Notes: generated by a model not told the origin, from the sequence alone. Positions 40,541-49,965 are shown, counted from the stretch's first letter. The stretch is DNA of 64,000 nt from Candidatus Omnitrophota bacterium (GCA_023247795.1 JAHFFT010000006.1:4664-68663); one strand, 5' to 3'. A program made the numbers and translations.

Positions 40541-40595
40541 TAAAATTATGGAATTCTCCGAAATAGCGGCGTTGCATTTTTTTATGGGAGGATGA

Positions 40596-40757
40596 ATGTT
40601 GGGTTGGCGTAAAAGAGGAAAGACCGGTCAGAATTTGGTCGAATACGCGATTGTTATCGCGGTGGTGGCGTCGGCGATGTACGCGATGAGCACCTATGTC
40701 TTTCGTTCTGTTCAATCAACCCAGCAGATGATCCAGCGGGAGTTTTCCCGTCAATAA
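40596..40757 (+). CDS. flp: canonical Flp pilin (53 aa)
   Basis: Manual translation: MLGWRKRGKTG/QNLVEYAIVIAVVASAMYAMSTYVFRS... Classic Flp motif G-x-x-x-V-E-Y-A-I-V. Under 60 aa, so absent from the ORF track. Confidence 0.7.
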   Translation: MLGWRKRGKTGQNLVEYAIVIAVVASAMYAMSTYVFRSVQSTQQMIQREFSRQ

Positions 40758-40837
40758 ATTGAGTATGTCATTAAGACATTTTGGGGTATCAAAGGCAATG
40801 CCTCAAAATGAAAAAGGCAAATAAGTAAAATAAGCAT

Positions 40838-40888
40838 GGCTTACTTTAAAGAAGATTTCTCATCTTGAAGTAAGCCTTGTTTTTTCTT
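40838..40888 (+). terminator. Rho-independent terminator after flp
   Basis: 8-bp stem GGCTTACT/AGTAAGCC, then TTGTTTTTTCTT. Confidence 0.55.
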
Positions 40889-40896
40889 AAACGTGT

Positions 40897-40960
40897 TCCC
40901 CGCTCCCTAGCCCTCCCCGCAGAGGAAAGGGAAAAAGATCTTAGCTCAATGGGGGAGGGA
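40897..40960. repeat. palindromic repeat family B copy
   Basis: CCCCGCTCCCTAGCCCTCCCCGC...AATGGGGGAGGGAAG matches the copy at 24918-24974. Confidence 0.5.
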
Positions 40961-40982
40961 AGTTGTGATGAGAGGTTGAGGC

Positions 40983-41402
40983 ATGTTTAAAAATTTACGA
41001 GACAATAAGGGCCAAGGCATCGCGGTGCAATATGTGCTGGTCTTTTTTATCGTGATTGCCTTTGTTTCGTCGATGTCGGTTTATGTCCGTCGAGTTTTGC
41101 AAAGCCGTATCCAGGGTGCCGGCGATTTTTTAGTGAAGCAAGTGTATGCCATCCATTCCAACGCGGAAATGAATTTTTTAGGGAACCTGGTCCGAGAATA
41201 CGAACCGTATTATGTTCAGTCGGACAGTCGACGGTTTACCAACAGCGATACGTTAAGACGGGAAGATGTTTTTGCCCCAGCCACGAATGTCAGTGTTTAT
41301 CGGATGGACATGGACGATAGCACAGCCGTGAAATCCGTATCGAAGCAGAAGCGGCCGATCGATGCCCTGAAAGATCAGGGCCTTCAGCCGCCGCACCTGT
41401 AA
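40983..41402 (+). CDS. TadE-like pseudopilin paralog (139 aa)
   Basis: ...NKGQGIAVQYVLVFFIVIAFV... hydrophobic prepilin-like N-terminus, with the Glu at +5 replaced by Gln. Confidence 0.5.
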   Translation: MFKNLRDNKGQGIAVQYVLVFFIVIAFVSSMSVYVRRVLQSRIQGAGDFLVKQVYAIHSNAEMNFLGNLVREYEPYYVQSDSRRFTNSDTLRREDVFAPATNVSVYRMDMDDSTAVKSVSKQKRPIDALKDQGLQPPHL

Positions 41403-41417
41403 GAGCAGAGGAGTAAG

Positions 41418-41753
41418 ATGAGATTTGGTCATCGAGAAAACGCCCAGACATTTTTGGAATACTCGCTTTTGATCGGGATTGTGGTGGCGGTTTTGATGGC
41501 CATGTCGCCGATGTTGCGGCGATCGACGCAGGCGATGATTAAAGTGGTTTCCGATCAGGTCGGGGACCAGGTCAATTCCGAACAAGAAGGCGGTGACCAG
41601 GGGCATTTGGATTCCGTGAATACCATAACACGGGTGGATCGGCAGATCAGCACCATTGATCGTTTGGGGACGAGAAGGATCGATTATGATAAGGATTCGA
41701 CATTTACTGATTCGAGCGTGATTGTGAACCAAGGATTTCGGGAAACGAATTGA
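41418..41753 (+). CDS. prepilin-like protein (111 aa)
   Basis: ...ENA/QTFLEYSLLIGIVVAVLMAM.... Confidence 0.55.
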   Translation: MRFGHRENAQTFLEYSLLIGIVVAVLMAMSPMLRRSTQAMIKVVSDQVGDQVNSEQEGGDQGHLDSVNTITRVDRQISTIDRLGTRRIDYDKDSTFTDSSVIVNQGFRETN

Positions 41754-41808
41754 TTGTGAATTGAATAGTGAATTAGAGAAGAGTGAAATAAGGAGCGAGG
41801 TGTCAAAA

Positions 41809-42120
41809 ATGAGGCAAAGAGGACAAAGCACGTTAGAGTATATGATTCTGCTGATTTTGATCATCGCCGCGTTCATCGCGATCGGTAACTATTTTGGCCG
41901 CGGGGTGTTGGGGCGCTGGAAGGCCGCGGTGGATGATTTGGGGGATCAATATGATCCGCGGTTAACCAACGGCAAAGTGACGGTCAGTTTGTCGGCCAAT
42001 ATGGAAAGCCGGGTTGTTTCCGTTCCTGATGAGACCCGTGAAGGCGTATGGACGATTCGTACTGATCAATCCAACTCTCTTGAGCGGCGTTCGGGATTCA
42101 CCAGCGTCGGAGGGTTTTAA
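41809..42120 (+). CDS. prepilin-like protein (GDQYDP family)
   Basis: MRQRG/QSTLEYMILLILIIAAFIAI...DDLGDQYDPRLTN. AAGGAG RBS. Confidence 0.6.
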   Translation: MRQRGQSTLEYMILLILIIAAFIAIGNYFGRGVLGRWKAAVDDLGDQYDPRLTNGKVTVSLSANMESRVVSVPDETREGVWTIRTDQSNSLERRSGFTSVGGF

Positions 42121-42125
42121 GCTTT

Positions 42126-43553
42126 ATGAGTCATGGTTTTTATACAAAATGGTTCAAATTCCCGCAGGCCGCTCAGGCCGCTTCGGAGTTGGCGATTTTT
42201 GGCGCTATTTTGATCTTTGTCATAGGGCTGATTGTCCGCACCGGATTCAATACCAGCCAGAATTTAAATCAGCAGCTCAGGGCGTTTCGATTCGCGCTTA
42301 CAGAGTCCTATAAAACGGGAGAAGGGCAGTATACCGGCCGCCGCCCGTCTCGGGCACGCAATGCCGCTTCTATTCTTCTGATTGAAGATCGTTTGTCCAT
42401 CAACGGTGCTGATCAATTGGGAGAACGTGATCGGATTCCTTATATGACAAGTGCTTCCGGAACTTTCAGCCGAAATTTGTTGATGCCGCTGGCTTTTGAA
42501 AGCACCCAACACTTACCTATATTTGATTTGATTGTGAATGGCCAGCGGTTTCCTTTCATTACGTCAGCATTTAAGGAATATGATTTAATGACGATGTATC
42601 GGGATAACGAAGCGAAGCATTGTGATCATGATCCTCATCCGAGAGGGACCTGCTGGGACAAGAATTGTAATGGCGGACAAGGATGCGTTATTTTTTATAC
42701 AAAGATTGTTAGGGCGAATGCTATCGGAAAGTTTAATTCCGGCTGTGAGAAATGCTTTGATTTGGATTTGGATGGAAAGGTGGATGTCCCGTCGGAATTA
42801 CGAACCAATTTTCATTGGCAGTGGCAGACGGTCGAGGGGTTGAAAGAAAATATTGATCCCGCGAATGATCTGAACTCGAGCATGGACGTTGATGGTGATT
42901 TAAAGGAAGAGAGCGTGTTAGAGGTTGTGGGAGTTCCTCCGCCGGCGTCCGATCCTAATGCGACATTAGCGGCCTATCAAGCAGAAGTCGCCAAGCACGC
43001 GAATGAAATTCAGTCGCTCAAGGTGGTTGATTTTCAGGAGGGGGACGTCAATTTGGGGTTTGATGATCAGGACGCGGCGCTACGCGAGGAACAGGGACTG
43101 TCAAAGCGTAAATTTGGATTGGATGATGATGTTGCCATTTACGCGATGACAAAAGAGGGAACCATGCTGCGAGTGGAACAGGGAAAATTATTTGATCCGT
43201 TAACTTCTCAATTCATCCGCAACACCAATCGACAGGACCACGCGGAATTGATCCAACGCATTTTTTATATTGATAACGATACGGGACGCTTTTGCACATC
43301 CGACGGTCAACCTTTGCAGTGGAAATACGCCGATGGGAGTCCTAGCGAATGGGCCAAGAAAAATGCCGTCGCAGGCTTAGATAATCCAGTGGAGGCCTGC
43401 AATAACTGTTTTTCTCAGGATAATATCGAGCTTACTTGTATGGATCAAGGGAAGGACCGTCCTCACGAAGGCCCGATCATTTTTATCCGCAGCCGAATCA
43501 AGGACCTGCGCGGCCGACGCTGGGTAACGAGGTTGGAGGAGTTTGATAAGTGA
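42126..43553 (+). CDS. 475-aa protein with pilin-like N-terminus and Cys-rich extracellular region
   Basis: ...AAQAASELAIFGAILIFVIGLIV..., then ...HCDHDPHPRGTCWDKNCNGGQGC.... Confidence 0.45.
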   Translation: MSHGFYTKWFKFPQAAQAASELAIFGAILIFVIGLIVRTGFNTSQNLNQQLRAFRFALTESYKTGEGQYTGRRPSRARNAASILLIEDRLSINGADQLGERDRIPYMTSASGTFSRNLLMPLAFESTQHLPIFDLIVNGQRFPFITSAFKEYDLMTMYRDNEAKHCDHDPHPRGTCWDKNCNGGQGCVIFYTKIVRANAIGKFNSGCEKCFDLDLDGKVDVPSELRTNFHWQWQTVEGLKENIDPANDLNSSMDVDGDLKEESVLEVVGVPPPASDPNATLAAYQAEVAKHANEIQSLKVVDFQEGDVNLGFDDQDAALREEQGLSKRKFGLDDDVAIYAMTKEGTMLRVEQGKLFDPLTSQFIRNTNRQDHAELIQRIFYIDNDTGRFCTSDGQPLQWKYADGSPSEWAKKNAVAGLDNPVEACNNCFSQDNIELTCMDQGKDRPHEGPIIFIRSRIKDLRGRRWVTRLEEFDK

Positions 43554-43855
43554 AAGGTGAAGAGAGAGTAGTGAATAAAAAAATTCAAGCCCAGGTGACC
43601 ATCGAGTTTACTTTCAGCATGATGATCACGTTATTGTTGATCGTCGGGATGATTAAGGTCTTCACCTGGACCGGACGGGATTTGGCCGACCGTATTCACG
43701 CCCATGAAGAGATTTTAACTAAGGATTTAGGGTGTACCAGCTCTTCTTGTCCTATGAAGCAGATTAAGCCCACGTTTTATACGGCGACGGACATCGATGC
43801 CGCCTACCCCGCGAATTTTTTCAATTTTGACATGAAAGGGCTTGAGAAGGATTAA
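43550..43855 (+). CDS. TadE-like pseudopilin (101 aa)
   Basis: ...KIQAQVTIEFTFSMMITLLLIV.... Start overlaps the upstream stop by 4 nt. Confidence 0.55.
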   Translation: MKGEERVVNKKIQAQVTIEFTFSMMITLLLIVGMIKVFTWTGRDLADRIHAHEEILTKDLGCTSSSCPMKQIKPTFYTATDIDAAYPANFFNFDMKGLEKD

Positions 43856-43869
43856 ACGAGCAGCCATAG

Positions 43870-46800
43870 GTGGTTTTTGTGATCAATGAATTGAATAAAA
43901 AAATAATGCAGGTAAAAAGGTTTTTTCAAATCCGAAATCCGATTTCTGAAAAACACCGTTCAGAAAAAGGGCAGATCGCGGTGATTTTGATTTTGGTCGC
44001 CGCGGTCGGTCTGATTTTTTACGCGGTCGTGTTCAATTTTAACCGCATTTCGCAAATCAAAACGTTAACCATGCAGGCGGCAAATGCCTCGGCAGCTCAG
44101 ATGGTTTCTTCGATGGCGAGTTATGGAGAGTCGGTTTGGCAGGTGTATTTGAGAGGCAAGCTCGATGGGAAGAAACCAGGCTATTGTAAGCATGATAATG
44201 TTTTTAAGATGATCATCAAATTCATCATTATCCTCATCATTGTTATTATTGCCGTTATTACGGGACAATGGTGGGCTATATACGCAATCATAGCATTGGC
44301 ATATAGTTTTGTGGCGATTGTCTTGCAAGTTACGGTGGTCCAACCCGGGCTAACCGATGCCTGGAATAAAATGATCGCCAATTTATCGATCGCCGATCAA
44401 TTTGTTGAGATGGGGGTGCAAGCGGGCATTCAGGGTGTCGTTACGGACAATGTGCAAATTCCCGATTTGATTGACAGCGACTCTGATGGAATTTTTGGCG
44501 ACCTGCAGAATCCTTCTGATAAAAAAAGCGCGCCGGACTACATCTCACGTTTTGGATATAACTATACCCAGCGGTTGCGGCGGATTCCTATAGTTGATAG
44601 TTCCGCTGTCAATTATTTTATCAATGGAATAAAAGATGTGGGCGGTTTGAAGGATTTATTAGTGAAGACCGGCGATGTCAATGACTGGGGAGTTCATGCG
44701 GCTGGAACTGGGAGCGCCCTATCGGCATGCTGTTTGCCCGATGCTGCAGAAAATCCGGACCGTCCGGCCTGTTGCGATCTTCCCATCGACAATGATGATT
44801 TCTGCGGTGACAAAGATAAAGATAACTATGATGAAGAGTGTTCGTTGGGCGTTCGTCCGGAGGGGTGTCCTTCGAACTCGAAAGCCATCTGCGCAAAGGA
44901 AAGTATTTATTCTACCGTCACTAATCAGAACCCTCAGGGTCTATATAATGGTCGATATGATTACCCCTATGCCTACGAAGCCTTTCCGGAAAACACGAAT
45001 AATGCGGCATTGTCTTTCCGTGCGCAGTTAGGCCGAGATGATGAACACCATTTGTATCGACGAGATCCCAATAATCCCAATGGGCGGCAGCTGTTGATTT
45101 CGCCGATTCCCCCTGAGGGAACGCCAGGGCGGTTTTTTGTTGAAGACGCCAGCGGGGTTTTTCCATTTTTTTATAAGATTGGCCAATGGGGCGTTGATTT
45201 GAATGAAATCGATTATAGTAAAGTCACAACCGAGGATGTCCGTTGCAACTTGTGCGATGCAGGTAAGATGCTAGGCGCTCCTTTAAACTCTTCTACGAAT
45301 CCAGGCGTTTGTACGAATCTTCCCAGCGAGGTTTCACCGCAGTTGAGTCTGCCGCTTAATCCGACGCAAGACGGAGGTTTTCGACCCAGTGGCGGCTGGT
45401 GTGTGGATAGTGTCAATACCGGGAAGGCAGGAGATCCGCCGCAGGTCTTGGATATTGTGCCGTCGATCAATGAGTTATTTACGCCAACTAATCCAAATCC
45501 AGATTCAATACCTCCCGAAGAAGAATGCGCGGTTGGCCCAGGCAACGCCGGAGGCTGGAAACCAGGTGCGGACCGGTTTTGTTCTACTGTATATCCTTAT
45601 TCGTCCGCCTGTTTTAAGCATGGAGGAAAGGATCAGTGTTTGGTTGATTCAGAAATGGGACCGATAGGGTTTGACTGCCTGTGCGGCGAGGGGGCGGCGG
45701 CTTCCGTATCTGCGAATCTATGGCCTGATGACGCGTTGGACGAAATCGTTTATGGGCTGCCTTATTTCATTGAATACGCCCAAGGGTTGGTCAATGTTTC
45801 TACGATACAATTGAATCAGACCCTTGTCGAGTGGTATGAACAGACCGCGGATTGGATTGAGCCGGGGTGTGAGCGCACGGAAAATCCTAGCTGTCCACCG
45901 GGGTGCGAAGCAAATTCTAGTTGTCCACCGGGATGTGAAAAGAAGACCAGCTGTCCGGGGAGTTTTACAAAGAAAGGTCGTGATGGCCCGTTGAAAACCG
46001 TGAGCGGGAAGATGGTTGCGGGATCGGTATTGGATAAAAATGAGAAAGGGGAAAATGAGAAAATCGTCGGTGGGGGCGGATATCTTTATGGTTGGGTACG
46101 GGACTTGGCCAATTTTCGTAACCCAATTTATCATTGGTTGTATCCCACACAGGAAAAGGCCTATGTTGCCGACTCTTGCACGATCAAGTCCGCGGCTGAT
46201 GATAAAGCCGCTTGGTGTGTTCCGCCGTCACAGAATTCGAAGAACAACTTTGATGTGAAGGAATGTCCCGGCGTGACCGCTGAAGAGGCTGAAACTTTCG
46301 ACGCGAATAAAAATGGGGTTCGCGGTGATGTCGAAGACGTGGTGGCTTGCCTGCGGTTTAACGCCGGCGATGCCGCTAAGGGAAAGTTGAGCAATGAAGC
46401 GAAGTTCACGGCTTGTCAAACGGCTTGCTCAACGGGGACGGATGTCACGACCCAGTGCGCGTATCTGCCGCGATCGGTGGTACCCGGGTTCATCAATAGT
46501 TATGAAAATTATTTTGACGGGCAGCAGGTGAAGGGCAATCCTTGCGCCGACACCAATTTTAAAACATTATTAGATAAAAGTGTTGAAGAATCCCGCAACC
46601 AAGATGTCAAATTGCAGAAGCGTTTGAAATTTTTAGACGGTCGTTTGAAAGAGGCCCAAAACATCGCCGGGGAGACCGGGGTTTTTACCGCAGCGATCAA
46701 CAAACTTGAGGCCTTTTTAAACGCGGGGACCAAGTTTGCTGCCCCTACGGTTAAACCGGTACAAGACCTAGGAAACGGATTAGTAGCATCGATCGTTGAG

Positions 46801-47667
46801 CAAATCGCTGACCCCGTTGTTGTTCTTAATAATCAAGATTCGCCGTCGGAGGCATTGATTCAAGAAATGCTGAAACCCGAAGTCGCGCCTGACCAAAAAG
46901 GGTTATCTTCGGTCGTCGTTTATGTCTGGCAGGATGCCCAGCGCGACGATTTGCGCACGACCGCCTCGGGACGCAAGACCTTTGAAGGTTATTGGCACGC
47001 GGTCAAGGCCGAGGTGCGTATGCCCACCCGCTGCAACTATGCCTGCGGGGTGAATGGGGGGTGGGATCCGGAATATCCTTCCATTAAGACCAAGACCAAA
47101 GGGTTTTTGGGAAGCACAAGATGTTATTATTTAGAAAACAGCGATGGTATGGTTAAGGCGCGGACCATTCGTTTTGATGAAGACGTGGATCCGAAAAAAA
47201 TGGCTTTCCCGAATGGAACGCCGATTTGGGATTTTCGTTTTTTTCATCCCGATGCTGGCAAGGCCAGCATTCAAAATATCCTCGCGGATTGTAAAGAGCA
47301 AGTGGATCCATTGATCGCGAATATGAGTAAAGGATGGGGGGACCCTAATCCTCCTCTCAATTGTTGTTTTGCGGAAAAACCAGAGGAACATCATTGTACG
47401 GAAGAAGAGGCCAAGACTTGCACAAACAAATTTTTTGGCGCAAGCTTTTTATTGGACAAGATTCCTGATTATATGGCCCTCGCTGGCAGCGACGCATATA
47501 AGTATCGGGTTTGTTGGCAGCGCGTGCACGAAGATCTTTTAGCGCACGGTGTAGCGACGGAATCCTGCGCTCAGTATTTTTTTGGCGGCGCTGACAGTGG
47601 GGGCCCCGCCGGGATGCGCATGAAATTTGTGCCTTGCGATGAGCGTTTTATTAAGGGATTCAATTGA
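43870..47667 (+). CDS. 1265-aa TadG-like membrane-anchored protein with a Cys-rich ectodomain
   Basis: N-terminus ...SEKGQIAVILILVAAVGLIFYAV... plus a second TM segment. About 45 Cys in total. Tandem SCPPGCE repeats encoded at 45885-45960. Confidence 0.7.
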   Translation: MVFVINELNKKIMQVKRFFQIRNPISEKHRSEKGQIAVILILVAAVGLIFYAVVFNFNRISQIKTLTMQAANASAAQMVSSMASYGESVWQVYLRGKLDGKKPGYCKHDNVFKMIIKFIIILIIVIIAVITGQWWAIYAIIALAYSFVAIVLQVTVVQPGLTDAWNKMIANLSIADQFVEMGVQAGIQGVVTDNVQIPDLIDSDSDGIFGDLQNPSDKKSAPDYISRFGYNYTQRLRRIPIVDSSAVNYFINGIKDVGGLKDLLVKTGDVNDWGVHAAGTGSALSACCLPDAAENPDRPACCDLPIDNDDFCGDKDKDNYDEECSLGVRPEGCPSNSKAICAKESIYSTVTNQNPQGLYNGRYDYPYAYEAFPENTNNAALSFRAQLGRDDEHHLYRRDPNNPNGRQLLISPIPPEGTPGRFFVEDASGVFPFFYKIGQWGVDLNEIDYSKVTTEDVRCNLCDAGKMLGAPLNSSTNPGVCTNLPSEVSPQLSLPLNPTQDGGFRPSGGWCVDSVNTGKAGDPPQVLDIVPSINELFTPTNPNPDSIPPEEECAVGPGNAGGWKPGADRFCSTVYPYSSACFKHGGKDQCLVDSEMGPIGFDCLCGEGAAASVSANLWPDDALDEIVYGLPYFIEYAQGLVNVSTIQLNQTLVEWYEQTADWIEPGCERTENPSCPPGCEANSSCPPGCEKKTSCPGSFTKKGRDGPLKTVSGKMVAGSVLDKNEKGENEKIVGGGGYLYGWVRDLANFRNPIYHWLYPTQEKAYVADSCTIKSAADDKAAWCVPPSQNSKNNFDVKECPGVTAEEAETFDANKNGVRGDVEDVVACLRFNAGDAAKGKLSNEAKFTACQTACSTGTDVTTQCAYLPRSVVPGFINSYENYFDGQQVKGNPCADTNFKTLLDKSVEESRNQDVKLQKRLKFLDGRLKEAQNIAGETGVFTAAINKLEAFLNAGTKFAAPTVKPVQDLGNGLVASIVEQIADPVVVLNNQDSPSEALIQEMLKPEVAPDQKGLSSVVVYVWQDAQRDDLRTTASGRKTFEGYWHAVKAEVRMPTRCNYACGVNGGWDPEYPSIKTKTKGFLGSTRCYYLENSDGMVKARTIRFDEDVDPKKMAFPNGTPIWDFRFFHPDAGKASIQNILADCKEQVDPLIANMSKGWGDPNPPLNCCFAEKPEEHHCTEEEAKTCTNKFFGASFLLDKIPDYMALAGSDAYKYRVCWQRVHEDLLAHGVATESCAQYFFGGADSGGPAGMRMKFVPCDERFIKGFN

Positions 47668-47715
47668 TAGATCAATCCGCCCCTTCAATGGGGGAGGTCA
47701 GGTGGGGGTTTTTCA

Positions 47716-48102
47716 TTGGCAAAAGGAAATATGATGTGTTACAATCGGTTTGATCGACGCTGTCAAAATGAGCGCGGCGTTTCTTCGGCCATCGAATATA
47801 TGGCCATGATCACTTTTATTTTGATGGCGTTTTTTATTTCCCAACATTTTATTATGAAGGGTTTTGCCGGACGCTGGAAAGCGGCCGGCGACGCGTTTGG
47901 ACACGGTAAGCAATATGACCCCAGAGATTCTACTAAGGGTGGAAGTGTTGAGTGTTTTTTTGACGCCAAAAAGTCGTTGTGGATCAGCACCCGCTGTTTT
48001 AAATCGAAATGTGTCACTGGAATACCGTCGGATCCGGATTGTCAGCAGTTTTTGGATCCATGCAGTGAGTTGCAATCAGCGAATTCGAAATGCGGTGATT
48101 GA
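47716..48102 (+). CDS. prepilin-like protein (Cys-containing C-terminus)
   Basis: ...ERG/VSSAIEYMAMITFILMAFFI...GRWKAAGDAFGHGKQYDPRD. Confidence 0.55.
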   Translation: MAKGNMMCYNRFDRRCQNERGVSSAIEYMAMITFILMAFFISQHFIMKGFAGRWKAAGDAFGHGKQYDPRDSTKGGSVECFFDAKKSLWISTRCFKSKCVTGIPSDPDCQQFLDPCSELQSANSKCGD

Positions 48103-48120
48103 GTTTTATCAAGGAGACCT

Positions 48121-48975
48121 ATGGTCATAGCGTTATTTTTAGCCTTTTGTACCGCGGCCTTGATCGGCTATGCTGTTGTGCCGCTGGTTTATAGCCGGTC
48201 CATGATTTTAAGTCAAAAACGGGCCAGTGTTTACGCGAGCAAGCTGGATCGGGTCCTTCCTCGTCGAGAGTTGCAGAAGACGATCCAACTGTATATGCTG
48301 GCACCTTTGTTTCTAGGGGCTATTTTTTATTTTGTTTTCCCAGAAGAGATCCGTTTTTTTGGCGTCATTCTGGGGGCCATTCTCGGGTTCATTTTTCCTG
48401 GTATCTACACGACGGTCCTACTGAAAAATAACCGTAAAAAATTTGATGATCAGATGATCGACGCGTTGATGATCATGTCAAGTTCTTTCCGGGGAGGGTT
48501 GAGTTTGATCCAAGCGATGGAAGCGGTGGTTGAGGAAATGCCGGACCCGATCAATCAGGAATTCGCGACGATTTTGGGAGAAAACAAAATGGGCGTTTCA
48601 CTTGAAGACGCGTTGACGCATTTTTATACCCGCATGCCGAGCGCGGCCGTTCAACAGACAATCACGGCGGTGTTATTGGCGAGAGAAACCGGCGGAAATT
48701 TGCCGGAGATTTTTAAGCGGATTGTTAACGTCATGCGCGAACGCAAGCGTATTCAAATGCAAATCGACACCCTCACCCTGCAGGGAAAGATTCAAGGGGT
48801 TGTGATGTCAATTTTGCCGGTCGCCTTTTTCTTTGTGATCAGATCTTCGAGCGCGGGGTTTTATGACCATATGTTCAAATCAGAGGTGGGGCGGGTATTG
48901 CTGATCTTTGCCTGTGTGGCGGAGATCGTCGGGGTGTACTTGATTTGGCGGATCAGTCTGTTAAAGGATTATTAA
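48121..48975 (+). CDS. tadB: Flp pilus assembly inner-membrane protein TadB
   Basis: T2SS-F-like domain ...MSSSFRGGLSLIQAMEAV...LLARETGGNLPEIF... with flanking TM helices. Confidence 0.8.
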   Translation: MVIALFLAFCTAALIGYAVVPLVYSRSMILSQKRASVYASKLDRVLPRRELQKTIQLYMLAPLFLGAIFYFVFPEEIRFFGVILGAILGFIFPGIYTTVLLKNNRKKFDDQMIDALMIMSSSFRGGLSLIQAMEAVVEEMPDPINQEFATILGENKMGVSLEDALTHFYTRMPSAAVQQTITAVLLARETGGNLPEIFKRIVNVMRERKRIQMQIDTLTLQGKIQGVVMSILPVAFFFVIRSSSAGFYDHMFKSEVGRVLLIFACVAEIVGVYLIWRISLLKDY

Positions 48976-49064
48976 TGTGACCGTGACTTACGGAGCGAAA
49001 GCGAACGTAAGTCACTGGCCGGATTAACCCCGGCTGATTTTGGCGGGGTGGATAATAAAAGGAT

Positions 49065-49952
49065 GTGGTTATGTTGATGTTCATTTTGACTTTGTGCTTT
49101 TTAGCCGGATTCAGTTTCATTCTGGGGATTTTCCCTTTGGATTGGGAGGCGCGGCCGACGCTGCGCGGTACCGGACTTGAGGTATTATCTCGTCGGAAAA
49201 TACCGAATCCTTTAAAGGTCATCATCCAGACTCTGGCTTTGATCAACCGTCCTTTGTGTTCAGGGGTTGTTCGCGCCCGGCTTATCAAAGATTTGGGGAC
49301 GGCGCACGTGAATATGTCGCCGGAAGAGTTTTTTTTGGTCAAAGAAATGGCGATCGTTGGCCTTCTTTTTGTCACCTATCCGATGATCCGTGCGGACATG
49401 ATGATGTTTTGGCTTTTGATGAGCATTTCGGTCGGTTATATGCTGCCGGAATATTGGTTGAAGGGAAAGATTAAGCGGGTCAAAATCATGATCGCAAAAG
49501 AACTGCCAGATACCATTGATCTTTTGGGGTTGTGCGTGAACGCGGGTTTGGATTTTATCCTGGCCTTAAAATGGGTTGTTGAGAAATCTCCCCCCACGGT
49601 TATTGTCACGGAACTTAATACGTTGCTGCAGGAAATCAATGTGGGGAAAACCCGTCGAGACGCGCTTAAAGATTTATCGTTGAAGTATGAGCTCCCAGAT
49701 TTGTCTTCTTTTACGAGAACGCTTATTCAGGCGGATAAAATGGGGACATCGGTCTCTGAGGCCTTAAACGTTTTATCTGAAGACATGCGGATTGCTCGTT
49801 TCCGCCGCGGGGAGCAGCAAGCGATGAAAGCTCCGCTCAAGCTACTCATTCCCCTGCTATTTTGCATCTTTCCAGTGGTCGGAATTCTCGTTGCCGGCCC
49901 TATCTTCCTCGAGTTCATCGAAACCAACCCCCTTCAACAGCTCGGTAAGTAA
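49065..49952 (+). CDS. tadC: Flp pilus assembly inner-membrane protein TadC
   Basis: T2SS-F-like domain ...LLGLCVNAGLDFILALKWV...LIQADKMGTSVSEALNVLSEDMR.... Confidence 0.8.
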   Translation: MVMLMFILTLCFLAGFSFILGIFPLDWEARPTLRGTGLEVLSRRKIPNPLKVIIQTLALINRPLCSGVVRARLIKDLGTAHVNMSPEEFFLVKEMAIVGLLFVTYPMIRADMMMFWLLMSISVGYMLPEYWLKGKIKRVKIMIAKELPDTIDLLGLCVNAGLDFILALKWVVEKSPPTVIVTELNTLLQEINVGKTRRDALKDLSLKYELPDLSSFTRTLIQADKMGTSVSEALNVLSEDMRIARFRRGEQQAMKAPLKLLIPLLFCIFPVVGILVAGPIFLEFIETNPLQQLGK

Positions 49953-49965
49953 AAAAGGAATAATC

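Larger units (their letters stand above)
38306..40545 (+). repeat. tandem duplication of a three-gene pilin cassette (copy 1 38306-39400; copy 2 39463-40545)
   Basis: Long, nearly identical DNA stretches cover the 5' ends and N-terminal halves of the genes. The 3' halves have diverged. Confidence 0.8.
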
